Of a stretch of 64,000 nt of DNA, positions 8,842 through 17,073 are shown piece by piece. The stretch's first letter is position 1. Each line of letters begins with the position of its first letter. The position numbers and the translations under genes were made by a program. The notes beneath the pieces are model-generated. The model searched no databases. It was not told where the DNA came from and saw only the letters and a program-made list of their open reading frames with translations. The stretch comes from Gammaproteobacteria bacterium (GTDB lineage Bacteria > Pseudomonadota > Gammaproteobacteria > JABABF01). The stretch lies in assembly GCA_965237805.1 (NCBI GenBank), contig OZ250153.1, positions 1,408,001 to 1,472,000 on the forward strand. Reading direction: 5' to 3'.

Positions 8842-9465
8842 CTAAGCTTCGGGTGTTGCCGCTTCGGCGGTGGCACCTGAAGCCGCTTCGAGGCGACGCA
8901 GCTCTTGCGGGTCGTTGCAATTGAAGAACGGGGATTCCCCCAGCTGGCGGTCATTGCCGCCAAATGCGACATCGATCGCGCCCTCGGCTATCAGCCACTC
9001 AGCCACTTGTTTGCGCCCCTGCTCCAAGCAATAACGGCGCAGCGATGAACGCTGCGCCGTAGGCATGAGAAAAAAGAGATTTTGGCGTCGGTGACCATCG
9101 TGAGCCGCAGCGATTTGCGCCCCGTTTTCCCTCAGTGCTGTGCTGAGTTTGTCTGCCAGCTCCAGAGGCAGCAGTGGCGGGTCCGTGGGGCAGACCAACA
9201 ACAGGCGCGTACGGCACAAGTCCAGCGCAGCGAGCAGTGGTCCAGCAGAGCCCGCGATCGTGTCGGCGATGACATCGCAACCGAGCAGTGTGCGATAGCG
9301 TTCCGCATTGCGGTTGCAGCTGATCAGCAAGGTGTCGATCTGCGCTCGCAAGCGCTTGGCGGTATACCAAGCGAGCGGGTGGCCGTGCCACTCGCTCAGC
9401 CCTTTGTCGCGGCCATCGACACGCTGCCCGCGACCGCCGCACAAAATCAATCCGGTGATCGACAT
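8842..9465 (-). CDS. mobA: Molybdenum cofactor guanylyltransferase
   Basis: GLILCGGRGQRVDGRDKGL, ISCNRN, GPL, FFNCNDP. Confidence 0.88.
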   Translation of the reverse strand: MSITGLILCGGRGQRVDGRDKGLSEWHGHPLAWYTAKRLRAQIDTLLISCNRNAERYRTLLGCDVIADTIAGSAGPLLAALDLCRTRLLLVCPTDPPLLPLELADKLSTALRENGAQIAAAHDGHRRQNLFFLMPTAQRSSLRRYCLEQGRKQVAEWLIAEGAIDVAFGGNDRQLGESPFFNCNDPQELRRLEAASGATAEAATPEA

Positions 9466-9500
9466 GGCAGTGCCGGTGTAACAGCACTGTGCGCACGGTG

Positions 9501-10229
9501 ATGCCACCGCGCGTGCTGGCGCTCAGCGCGGCCACCGACGGCGTTTCGGTGGCTCTGCTGGGTGCCGATGACGATTGCCTGCAACGCAGCGTCGCCGCCT
9601 CGCGCGGCCAAGCGGAGCGCTTATTGGTGTTGGCGCAGCGCCTGTTGGCCGATGCCGGGTGGCACTATGGGCAGCTCGATGCCTTGGTATTGACGCGTGG
9701 TCCCGGTCCCTTCACCAGCCTGCGCGTCGCAGCTGGTGTGGCGCAAGGGTTGGCGCTTGGTGCCGGCTTGTCGATTGTCCCGGTCTCGTCGCTGGCGACA
9801 TTGGCCCAAGGCGTTTTGCGGCGTCATCCACCGCAGGGTGCACAGTGCGTGTTGGCGCTGTGCTGTGCCCGCAGCGGGCAGTGGTATCGCGGGGCCTATC
9901 ACCTTGATGTGGCGACGGGATGCGTCGCGGAATTACTGCCCGATGCCCGTTGCGGTGCCGCCGAGCTGTCTTTGCCAAAAGCGTGGGCGTGGCAGCATTG
10001 TGTCGGTGTCGGTGACGGTTGGCGGCGACCGCCGCCGACGGTGCGGGCGTGCCTCTCGGTGGAGCCTGAGGTTTTGCCTGAAGCGCGTGATGCCGCCCAG
10101 CTCGGGGCACTCGGCTTCGCCACTGGTGCTGCGGTGGCTGCCGAACATGCGGTGCCTAGTTACCTGTGCGGAGAGGAGGCATGGCAGCCTGCACGGCCGC
10201 CTTGGTCATCGGATGGGGGCGCGGGATGA
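9501..10229 (+). CDS. tsaB: tRNA threonylcarbamoyladenosine biosynthesis protein TsaB
   Basis: VLALSAATDGVSVAL, GPGPFTSLRVAAGVAQGLA, PVSSLATLA, C-terminal AVPSYL. Confidence 0.88.
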   Translation: MPPRVLALSAATDGVSVALLGADDDCLQRSVAASRGQAERLLVLAQRLLADAGWHYGQLDALVLTRGPGPFTSLRVAAGVAQGLALGAGLSIVPVSSLATLAQGVLRRHPPQGAQCVLALCCARSGQWYRGAYHLDVATGCVAELLPDARCGAAELSLPKAWAWQHCVGVGDGWRRPPPTVRACLSVEPEVLPEARDAAQLGALGFATGAAVAAEHAVPSYLCGEEAWQPARPPWSSDGGAG

Positions 10230-11062
10230 ATACGGCACAAGCTTTAGCAGTGGCGCTGATTCAAGGGCTGAGCGAATTTCTGCCCATCTCCAGCACGGCG
10301 CATCTGCAGTTGCCACACATCCTGCTCAGTTGGCCGTCGCCGGGGCTGTTGCTCGACACAGCCCTGCATTTGGGAACTTTGGCCGCGGTATTGTTGTATT
10401 TCCGCCGCGACCTTTGGGGGATGGTGTTGGCTGCTGGCAATGCATTGCGCCACCGCCGTCTGTGTGCGGACAGCCGTCTGTTGCTACAACTCGCCTGTGC
10501 CACCGTGCCGGTGATGTTGGTTGGCTTCGTGGCGCAAGCGAGCCCCGCCTACCGGGCTTGGCGTCAAGAGCCGTGGTCGATCGCGCTGGCGACCGTGCTG
10601 TTCGCCCTGCTGCTGTGGCGCGCCGATGCGCAGAGCCGGAGCCGAGGGGCAGCGCAGCGCCTCGCTGCGGACATGACTTGGCGCGATGCGTGGATCATCG
10701 GGCTGTTCGAAATCTTCGCGCTGGTACCCGGTGCCTCGCGCGCTGGTGTCACCCTGAGCGCGGCTTTTCTGCTCGGCCTCGAACGCCGCTTCGCCGCTCG
10801 CTTCGCCTTTTTGCTCGCGATTCCCGTCATCCTCGCCGCCGTCGCACTGGAGTTGCCGATGGCCTATGCCGACCGCCACAGCGGAGGGCTCGCTTGGGGG
10901 TCGGTGGTCATGGCCGCTTTGTTGGCCGGTGGCATCGCCTACGCCACCATCGCGTGGTTCCTGCACTTGGTGGAGCGTGTGGGTCTGTTGCCCTTTGTGT
11001 TCTATCGCTTGGCTTTGGGCGCTTTGCTGTTTTGGGTGGCGTGGTCCAATGGCTTGCCGTAG
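10226..11062 (+). CDS. uppP: Undecaprenyl-diphosphatase
   Basis: IQGLSEFLPISSTAHL, LHLGTL, PGASRAGVT, FSF-like FAFLLAIP, PFVFYRL; ATGA overlap with tsaB stop. Confidence 0.95.
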   Translation: MNTAQALAVALIQGLSEFLPISSTAHLQLPHILLSWPSPGLLLDTALHLGTLAAVLLYFRRDLWGMVLAAGNALRHRRLCADSRLLLQLACATVPVMLVGFVAQASPAYRAWRQEPWSIALATVLFALLLWRADAQSRSRGAAQRLAADMTWRDAWIIGLFEIFALVPGASRAGVTLSAAFLLGLERRFAARFAFLLAIPVILAAVALELPMAYADRHSGGLAWGSVVMAALLAGGIAYATIAWFLHLVERVGLLPFVFYRLALGALLFWVAWSNGLP

Positions 11063-11125
11063 TCGCCGTCGGGTGATGTCCCCCGCAGGTTATAATCGGC
11101 CTTTATTTTCAATGTTGCTCGTACG

Positions 11126-12145
11126 GTGGTGACCGAACGCGTACTGACAGGCATCACCACGACGGGCACTCCACATCTGGGTAATTATGCAGGTGCCATT
11201 CGTCCGGCGTTGGCATTGGCGTCTGGTAGTGGCATCGAAGCGTTCTATTTCTTGGCCGATTACCACGCTTTGGTCAAGTGTCGCGATGCGGAATTGGTGC
11301 ATCGCTCTACCAAGGAGATCGCCGCTGCTTGGCTGGCGCTGGGATTGGAGCCCGAGCAGACAGTGTTTTATCGCCAGTCAGATGTGCCGGAGATCTTCGA
11401 ATTGCATTGGATTCTCAGTTGTCTGACCGCCAAAGGGCTGATGAACCGCAGCCATGCCTACAAAAGCCAACGCGAGGAAAATCTGCGTGGCGGTAAGTCT
11501 GCGGATCCCGATCAGGCGATCACCATGGGGCTCTACGGCTATCCGGTGTTGATGGCGGCGGATATACTGGCTTTCAGTGCGCAGCGTGTGCCGGTCGGTC
11601 AAGATCAGCTGCAACATGTCGAGATGGCACGCGATATCGCCCAGCGCTTCAATCACCACTACGGTGAGGTGTTGGTCTTGCCCCATTCCGCATTGTCCGC
11701 GCACGGGCGTTCGATCGAGGGCTTGGATCGCCGCAAAATGAGTAAGAGTTACGATAATGTCATCCCGCTGTTCGCACCACAGCAGGAGCTGCGCCGCTTG
11801 GTCATGAAAATTCGCACCAATTCCCAGCCTCCCGGCGAACCCAAGGATCCGGCGCAGTGCACATTGTTTTCCATCTACGCGGCCTGCTCTGGAGAGGATG
11901 CCCGTCAGGAGATGAGCGAGCGCTATGCGGCGGGAATCGCTTGGAAAGAGGTCAAGGAGAGCCTGTTGGCCCGGCTTGAAGAGCTGTTGGCCGAGCCTCG
12001 TCAGCGCTACCAAGCGTGGTCTGATGACGGGGACGCTGTCGAAGCGCTATTGCGGGACGGTGCCGAGCGCGCCCGCAGTGTCGCTGCCCCGCTACTCGCC
12101 CGTGTGCGAGCTGCGACTGGCATCCGCAGCTTGGGGTCGCGGTGA
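11126..12145 (+). CDS. trpS: Tryptophan--tRNA ligase
   Basis: TGTPHLGNY (HIGH), YPVLMAADIL, VPVGQDQLQH, KMSKS. Confidence 0.97.
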   Translation: MVTERVLTGITTTGTPHLGNYAGAIRPALALASGSGIEAFYFLADYHALVKCRDAELVHRSTKEIAAAWLALGLEPEQTVFYRQSDVPEIFELHWILSCLTAKGLMNRSHAYKSQREENLRGGKSADPDQAITMGLYGYPVLMAADILAFSAQRVPVGQDQLQHVEMARDIAQRFNHHYGEVLVLPHSALSAHGRSIEGLDRRKMSKSYDNVIPLFAPQQELRRLVMKIRTNSQPPGEPKDPAQCTLFSIYAACSGEDARQEMSERYAAGIAWKEVKESLLARLEELLAEPRQRYQAWSDDGDAVEALLRDGAERARSVAAPLLARVRAATGIRSLGSR

Positions 12146-13116
12146 TGGCTGCATTGGCATTGGCGCTCTACCTCTTGGTCTACGCCAACCTCAGCTTTTT
12201 GCTCGACGCGCCGCCGCTGTATGCGCTGTTGCCGGTGGCGGGCATCGCGCTTGCAGTGTTCCTGCTGGGGCGCGCTGGCCGCAACATCGACGAGCTGTTG
12301 CTGATGCTCAACCAACTGTCCCTGCTGGTGGTCGCGTTGGCGTTGGTCGCCAGCGCTTGGGCGGTGCTCGATGGCCGCAATCCGGTTGTCGTCGGCCGCT
12401 TGTTGCCGCTGTTCATCGCGACGGTCGCGCTCTATGCCTATCACGGTTTTCTGGACGAGCGCAGCGCGCCCCAAGATGCCCCGCTGGCGCGCGCTGCCCG
12501 TTTGTTGGCTGGCCCCTCGCTATTACCGACTTTCTGTTTTGCCTTGGTTGCGACCGCTTGCCTAGTGGTGGCGTTGGATTATTTGGGCAGCTATTCGAGC
12601 GCTTGGCGCGACAGTGGCATCCCGTCGCGCGTTTTGAACCGCGGCATCATCCCGCCACTGACCATCGCGTTATTTCTATGGGCATTGCTATTGTTGATGT
12701 ACAAAAGTATTTTGTCCCGCTATCTGCGTTCCAATGTGTTGCCCGCGCTACCACGAAGCGCTTTGGAGCATGAGCGGCAATTGCTGTGGCGCAAATCTGA
12801 GGAATCTTTCCTGTTGCCGCGTTATCTGGTTTGGGCGATTCCAATCCTCGGTTTCATCGGCACCGTACTCGGGATCTCGCTCGCCGCCGACGGCATCCGT
12901 CTCTTGGTGAGTTCGGAGCGGGGCATCTCCGAATTATCTGACGAGTTGGGGCAGGCCATCGCTCCGCTGGGCATTGCCTTCGACACGACACTGGTTGCCC
13001 TGTCACTCAGCGTCGTGTTGATGTTGGTGTTGACCTTGGCGCAGCGCAACGAAGAAGGCTTGGTTGGGGACATCTCCGATCGCCTGCAAGGGGTGGCTGA
13101 TGAGCCGCACGGATAG
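12142..13116 (+). CDS. MotA/TolQ/ExbB proton-channel family protein with multi-TM N-terminal extension
   Basis: C-terminal WAIPILGFIGTVLGI and LGIAFDTTLVAL signatures; about five to six extra hydrophobic segments N-terminally. Confidence 0.85.
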   Translation: MMAALALALYLLVYANLSFLLDAPPLYALLPVAGIALAVFLLGRAGRNIDELLLMLNQLSLLVVALALVASAWAVLDGRNPVVVGRLLPLFIATVALYAYHGFLDERSAPQDAPLARAARLLAGPSLLPTFCFALVATACLVVALDYLGSYSSAWRDSGIPSRVLNRGIIPPLTIALFLWALLLLMYKSILSRYLRSNVLPALPRSALEHERQLLWRKSEESFLLPRYLVWAIPILGFIGTVLGISLAADGIRLLVSSERGISELSDELGQAIAPLGIAFDTTLVALSLSVVLMLVLTLAQRNEEGLVGDISDRLQGVADEPHG

Positions 13117-13633
13117 ACGGCTGGGTATTGCTGGCCGCACTTTAGACGCGCAAGGACAAAATAATGCCCCGATGATGGCGCTGTTCGGCGGTATTTTCGC
13201 CCTGTTGCTGGTCTTTTTCCTAATTGTCAATCTGCTGTCAGAAATCTCGTTGCGCGAGCGTCTGGAGCAGGCGGGGTCTGAGGGGCTGTTCCGCATCAAT
13301 CAAGTGAACGGCACCGATGGCTATGTCATCATTACCCTGCCGGAGGCCTTGCGCATCGTGGAGACCAACCGCGGGGTTTCTCGCGGTCGCATTTGCCAAC
13401 CGGGAGGCGTTTTCCCAGACTATGCCCACACGGTCTACACAGAGCGCAAAAACCTGCTGATTTTCATGATTTTGGAAGGCAGTATCAGCACCATGGCCGA
13501 GGCGCGCGACTGCCTGCGCCAGCTGCTACCTGGCCGGCGTGTGCACATCGGCTGGCTGATGGCTGACAACGAGTTCCTCAAATCTGTTGCGCTGGATGAT
13601 GTGCCGTCCTATATTGAGGAGTACGCACATTGA
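13100..13633 (+). CDS. Single-TM hypothetical protein (ExbD/TolR-like topology)
   Basis: Basic N-terminus, one TM (MMALFGGIFALLLVFFLIV), soluble domain; overlaps the upstream gene end. Confidence 0.65.
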   Translation: MSRTDRRLGIAGRTLDAQGQNNAPMMALFGGIFALLLVFFLIVNLLSEISLRERLEQAGSEGLFRINQVNGTDGYVIITLPEALRIVETNRGVSRGRICQPGGVFPDYAHTVYTERKNLLIFMILEGSISTMAEARDCLRQLLPGRRVHIGWLMADNEFLKSVALDDVPSYIEEYAH

Positions 13634-13640
13634 TGCGCCC

Positions 13641-15473
13641 ATGAGCGAGCGTCAGATTCCCGATTTTGCCAGCGTCGCCTTGGTCGATATCTTGGCCAAT
13701 GGCGTTGGCATGTTGATCATCTTGATCGTGCTCAGCATCAGCTCTCGCTTTGAGGCCGAGCAGCGCCAGTTGGAGCAGGTCGGCGAAGCCTCGGTGGTAT
13801 TGAGCAGGACGATTTCGACCGACATCGTGCGCAATCGGCTCGCCGCCAGTCCGCCAGCACAGCTGCACAGTTATCAGAATTCGCCTTTGGATCGCGTGCG
13901 CGACCCATTGCAGCTGCCAATTCTCGAGCTGCACCGGGATTTTGTCCGCGACTATTACAGCAGTGCGGTCTATTCTCGCGAAGAGCTGTTGCTTGAGGAC
14001 AACCGTCTCGATGAAGCGCTGGCCGCTTTCACGCCCCGGCAACGCAATACTCTGCGCATCGATATGTATGCGGTGCGTGAATTCTATTTGGCGATGTCCG
14101 TCCTGCGTAGCCATGGCATCGGATCGCGCCATTGGCATTTTGTGCGTGGCGGAGGGATGAGTGTGCGCGATGCGGTTAACTGTCCTCCCGGTGTCCCCGG
14201 TAGCCAGTGTGTCGGCTTCGGGGGGCGTGGCGAGAGTGCGCAGAATCGCGCTGCCCAAGCCCTGCGTTCTCTGCTGGGGGAGGTGGCGGCTACCGAGGAC
14301 GGTGCGGCTGGTGTGGCGGAGGACGGTGTGGTTGGCGCAGCGGAGGACGGTGTCGCGGGAGGTGAGACGGCGGGTGCCGGACGGGGGCCGCAGCTGCCCG
14401 ATGGCGGCGATCTGCGTGACTTGGGGCAAAGCGGGGCGGCTTCGGAGCGCTACCCGGCGATGGCTGCCGAGGATTCAGCTGCAGCTGGTTGGGCTGCGGG
14501 GCGCCGGAGTGGAGCGGATCCGGGGAGCCCGCAGGGTGCGGAATCCGACTTCGACGCGCTGATGCGTAGCATGGGGCAAGCTAGCGTCCACCGAGGCGCG
14601 GGAGAGCAGGGGCAGGGCGGCCAGCCCGGCGACCCGCAGCTGTCCCGCGCCACTTTTCGCTTCGCCGGGCCACCAGCCGATACACAGCAATCTGCCGATC
14701 GACAATCCCGGGTGCCGTTGCCGTCATTGCGGGTGGTATTGGCGGTGCTGTTGCAATATATGCGCGAGATTGAGGATGCGCTGGACAATGATCGCAGCGT
14801 ACTGTCGCTGGTCAGCAATTTTTCTGCAACTTTGATTCAGCGTTTCGTCGATCCGCCGCCGCCGCGTGCCGAAGACCAAGACTTGATCGACGGCATCGTG
14901 CGCCTGTTTATTGAGCGCTGGCCGGATTCGGAGCCGTTGCAGGTTGAGCAGCGGTGGGATGATTCGGTGGCGGGGCTCAGCGCGGTGCTGCCAGTCAATG
15001 TGGCTCTGCAGCAGTTGGCGTTGCGTGGGGACTCGCTACAGGATGCCTTGGAGGGGCTTCCAGCCGCTCGCCATGTTGCACTGCGTCTCAACAATTTTCC
15101 GACCATCTACCAAGGCATGGAACTGATATTGCAGCGTGATGCGGTGCTGTTGATGGCACCCGAGCAACGGCAGCCGGAAGAGTACCACTGGCGTGTTGTC
15201 AGCTATATCCCTCCCTCTTTTGATAATTTCGTGCTCGGCTTTGTCTATGCGATTGTGACCGAGGATGCGCAGTTGTCCCTGCATCCAGCTGCCAATCACA
15301 TTGTGGTCGGCACCACGCCGTTGCGGGTGTTGGCGGCACCGCGCAGTGTCGGTGTGCTGGGTTGGTTGGCACTCTGCTTTGCCACGGTGGTGCTGGGCTT
15401 GGTCTTGGTACTGCTATTCGAGCTGCGCCGTCGCCGTCAGTCGGCAGTTGTGACGCTGGGAGCTGCTGCGTGA
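13641..15473 (+). CDS. Large membrane-anchored hypothetical protein with ExbD-like Asp-containing N-terminal TM
   Basis: VALVDILANGVGMLIILIV; Gly/Ala/acidic linker; C-terminal TM followed by RRRR. Confidence 0.7.
   Translation: MSERQIPDFASVALVDILANGVGMLIILIVLSISSRFEAEQRQLEQVGEASVVLSRTISTDIVRNRLAASPPAQLHSYQNSPLDRVRDPLQLPILELHRDFVRDYYSSAVYSREELLLEDNRLDEALAAFTPRQRNTLRIDMYAVREFYLAMSVLRSHGIGSRHWHFVRGGGMSVRDAVNCPPGVPGSQCVGFGGRGESAQNRAAQALRSLLGEVAATEDGAAGVAEDGVVGAAEDGVAGGETAGAGRGPQLPDGGDLRDLGQSGAASERYPAMAAEDSAAAGWAAGRRSGADPGSPQGAESDFDALMRSMGQASVHRGAGEQGQGGQPGDPQLSRATFRFAGPPADTQQSADRQSRVPLPSLRVVLAVLLQYMREIEDALDNDRSVLSLVSNFSATLIQRFVDPPPPRAEDQDLIDGIVRLFIERWPDSEPLQVEQRWDDSVAGLSAVLPVNVALQQLALRGDSLQDALEGLPAARHVALRLNNFPTIYQGMELILQRDAVLLMAPEQRQPEEYHWRVVSYIPPSFDNFVLGFVYAIVTEDAQLSLHPAANHIVVGTTPLRVLAAPRSVGVLGWLALCFATVVLGLVLVLLFELRRRRQSAVVTLGAAA
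14295..14366 (+). repeat. Three imperfect 24-bp in-frame tandem repeats
   Basis: GAGGACGGTG at 14295, 14319, 14343, encoding EDGAAGVA-EDGVVGAA-EDGVAGGE. Confidence 0.8.
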
Positions 15474-17050
15474 AGCGTCTGCAGCATCCGACTGGGCTCT
15501 TGGTGCTGGCGGTGCTTTTGGTGGCGATGGTATTGGTGACGCGCTTGCGCCTGCCAGCTGCGCAAATCGATACGGTGCAGTTGCGCCTCGGCCCGCCGCC
15601 AGCACTCAGCGAGACTGGCCGCCAACTCGACCAAGTGCTGCGTGAACATTTGGGCGCGTTCCGCCGTCAGCCGCATTTGGCGGCGCTACTCAATATCCCG
15701 GTGCGCACAGTGGATCTGGCACCATTTTGGGTCGATAAATGCGAGGTGCGGCAGGGGGCATTGGACAGCTTCTTGGCTTGGTGGGAGCAGTTGCCGCCGG
15801 GCGACCCGCGGCGCTTGGCTCCGGCAGGCGCACGCTATTACTCCAGTTCCAAAGGCCATCGTGTCGCCGGTCGCTCGCAGGCCCCCGCTAGCGGGATCAG
15901 TTATTTCGAGGCGCAAGCCTATTGTCGAGCCGCTGGCGGCCAGCTGCCTTCCGCTGCGCAGTGGCAAGCGGTTGCCAGCGGCCCTGCTGGGCGGCTCTAT
16001 CCTTGGGGAGATCGCTTTGAACCGGCGGCTTGGCCCTATGTCAAAGCCGAATTGAATGCCGCCCAAAGATGCGGCCTGCATCCGGCCAGCGATACGCCGC
16101 AGGGAGTGCATGACCTCGCCAACGGAGTCGAAGAATGGACGCGGGGCTGGGATGAGTCCAAAGCGCCGCTGTTGCAAGGTGTTCACGCTGATAAGGGGCG
16201 GCGGGCGCTGGCGGTACATGCCTTGAACGCCACCACACGCCAAGCACATCCCAACTACCGTTCCCACTACACGGGCTTTCGCTGCATCTATGATGGCCGC
16301 CGCCCACAGTTGCTACCTTGGGGGAGGGGGGTTCACCCTGACACGGTACGCGTGCCGGGTGCCCGCTATCGTTTCGGCTTGCCTGCCGATGCCCGCTTGC
16401 CGCAGCTAATCCCGGTGGTGCCCGCTGTCTTGCTCCGCACCGATTCGCCACTACTCGACGCTGAGCCATCGGCTCGGTCCGAACTGCGGGTGGCGCGTTG
16501 TGAGGTCAGCCGCAGACACTATCGCCTGTTCTTGGCTGATCCGCTGGTGCGGCTGGGTCTGTTTGCCAATGAGCATGAACCTCGGCACCAAGATTACCGC
16601 CCCCAAGACTGGGCACGGCAGTTGGCGGCCCCCGCATTGCCGGTCAGCGGACTGGACTGGTGGTCTGCCGATGCCTTTGCCCGCTGGGTCGGGGGGCGTC
16701 TGCCCAGTGCCCACGAGTGGCAGCTGGCGTCGGCGGGTGGTGCGAGCGGCTACCCTTGGGGGGCTGTCTACGAGCCGGAACGCGCTGTGACCGGTGATGC
16801 TCGCGAGGCGCGTCGGGTTTCCTGCGAGGCACTCGATCGCGGTGCCAGCGTGACCGGATTGCGCGGTATGGGTGGCAATGTCTCTGAGTGGACCCGCAGT
16901 GTGTCGGTGACTGGACGCGATTACAACATATTGGTCAAGGGTGGCAATTATCTGCTGCCGGGGGCGTTGAGCGCCCACAGCGATTTTGTGCGGGCGGTGC
17001 CGCTGGATCATCGCGCGCCAGATATCGGCTTGCGGGTTGTCTTCGATTGA
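15470..17050 (+). CDS. Membrane-anchored protein with two FGE-sulfatase (SUMF1-like) domains
   Basis: Domain 1: FWVDKCEV, LPSAAQW, YPWG, DLANGVEEW, TGFRC. Domain 2: ARCEVS, RLPSAHEW, YPWG, MGGNVSEW, KGGNY, IGLRVV. N-terminal TM; GTGA overlap with the upstream stop. Confidence 0.88.
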   Translation: MKRLQHPTGLLVLAVLLVAMVLVTRLRLPAAQIDTVQLRLGPPPALSETGRQLDQVLREHLGAFRRQPHLAALLNIPVRTVDLAPFWVDKCEVRQGALDSFLAWWEQLPPGDPRRLAPAGARYYSSSKGHRVAGRSQAPASGISYFEAQAYCRAAGGQLPSAAQWQAVASGPAGRLYPWGDRFEPAAWPYVKAELNAAQRCGLHPASDTPQGVHDLANGVEEWTRGWDESKAPLLQGVHADKGRRALAVHALNATTRQAHPNYRSHYTGFRCIYDGRRPQLLPWGRGVHPDTVRVPGARYRFGLPADARLPQLIPVVPAVLLRTDSPLLDAEPSARSELRVARCEVSRRHYRLFLADPLVRLGLFANEHEPRHQDYRPQDWARQLAAPALPVSGLDWWSADAFARWVGGRLPSAHEWQLASAGGASGYPWGAVYEPERAVTGDAREARRVSCEALDRGASVTGLRGMGGNVSEWTRSVSVTGRDYNILVKGGNYLLPGALSAHSDFVRAVPLDHRAPDIGLRVVFD

Positions 17051-17073
17051 AGACCCGGGCCAGGGAGTTGCCG

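Noticed and set aside
9697-11076. Long alternative-frame and antisense ORFs (e.g. 9697-11076, 30541-31554, 58362-59366, 62194-63276)
   Set aside because: Shadow ORFs expected in high-GC DNA; they overlap well-supported genes and carry no recognisable motifs.
12142-15473. Zorya or flagellar MotAB interpretation of the motor genes
   Set aside because: No OmpA-like peptidoglycan-binding domain, no long ZorA tail, no helicase/nuclease or flagellar genes adjacent.
15470-17050. FGE-fold protein as a diversity-generating retroelement target
   Set aside because: No reverse transcriptase and no near-identical template/variable repeat pair visible in the window.
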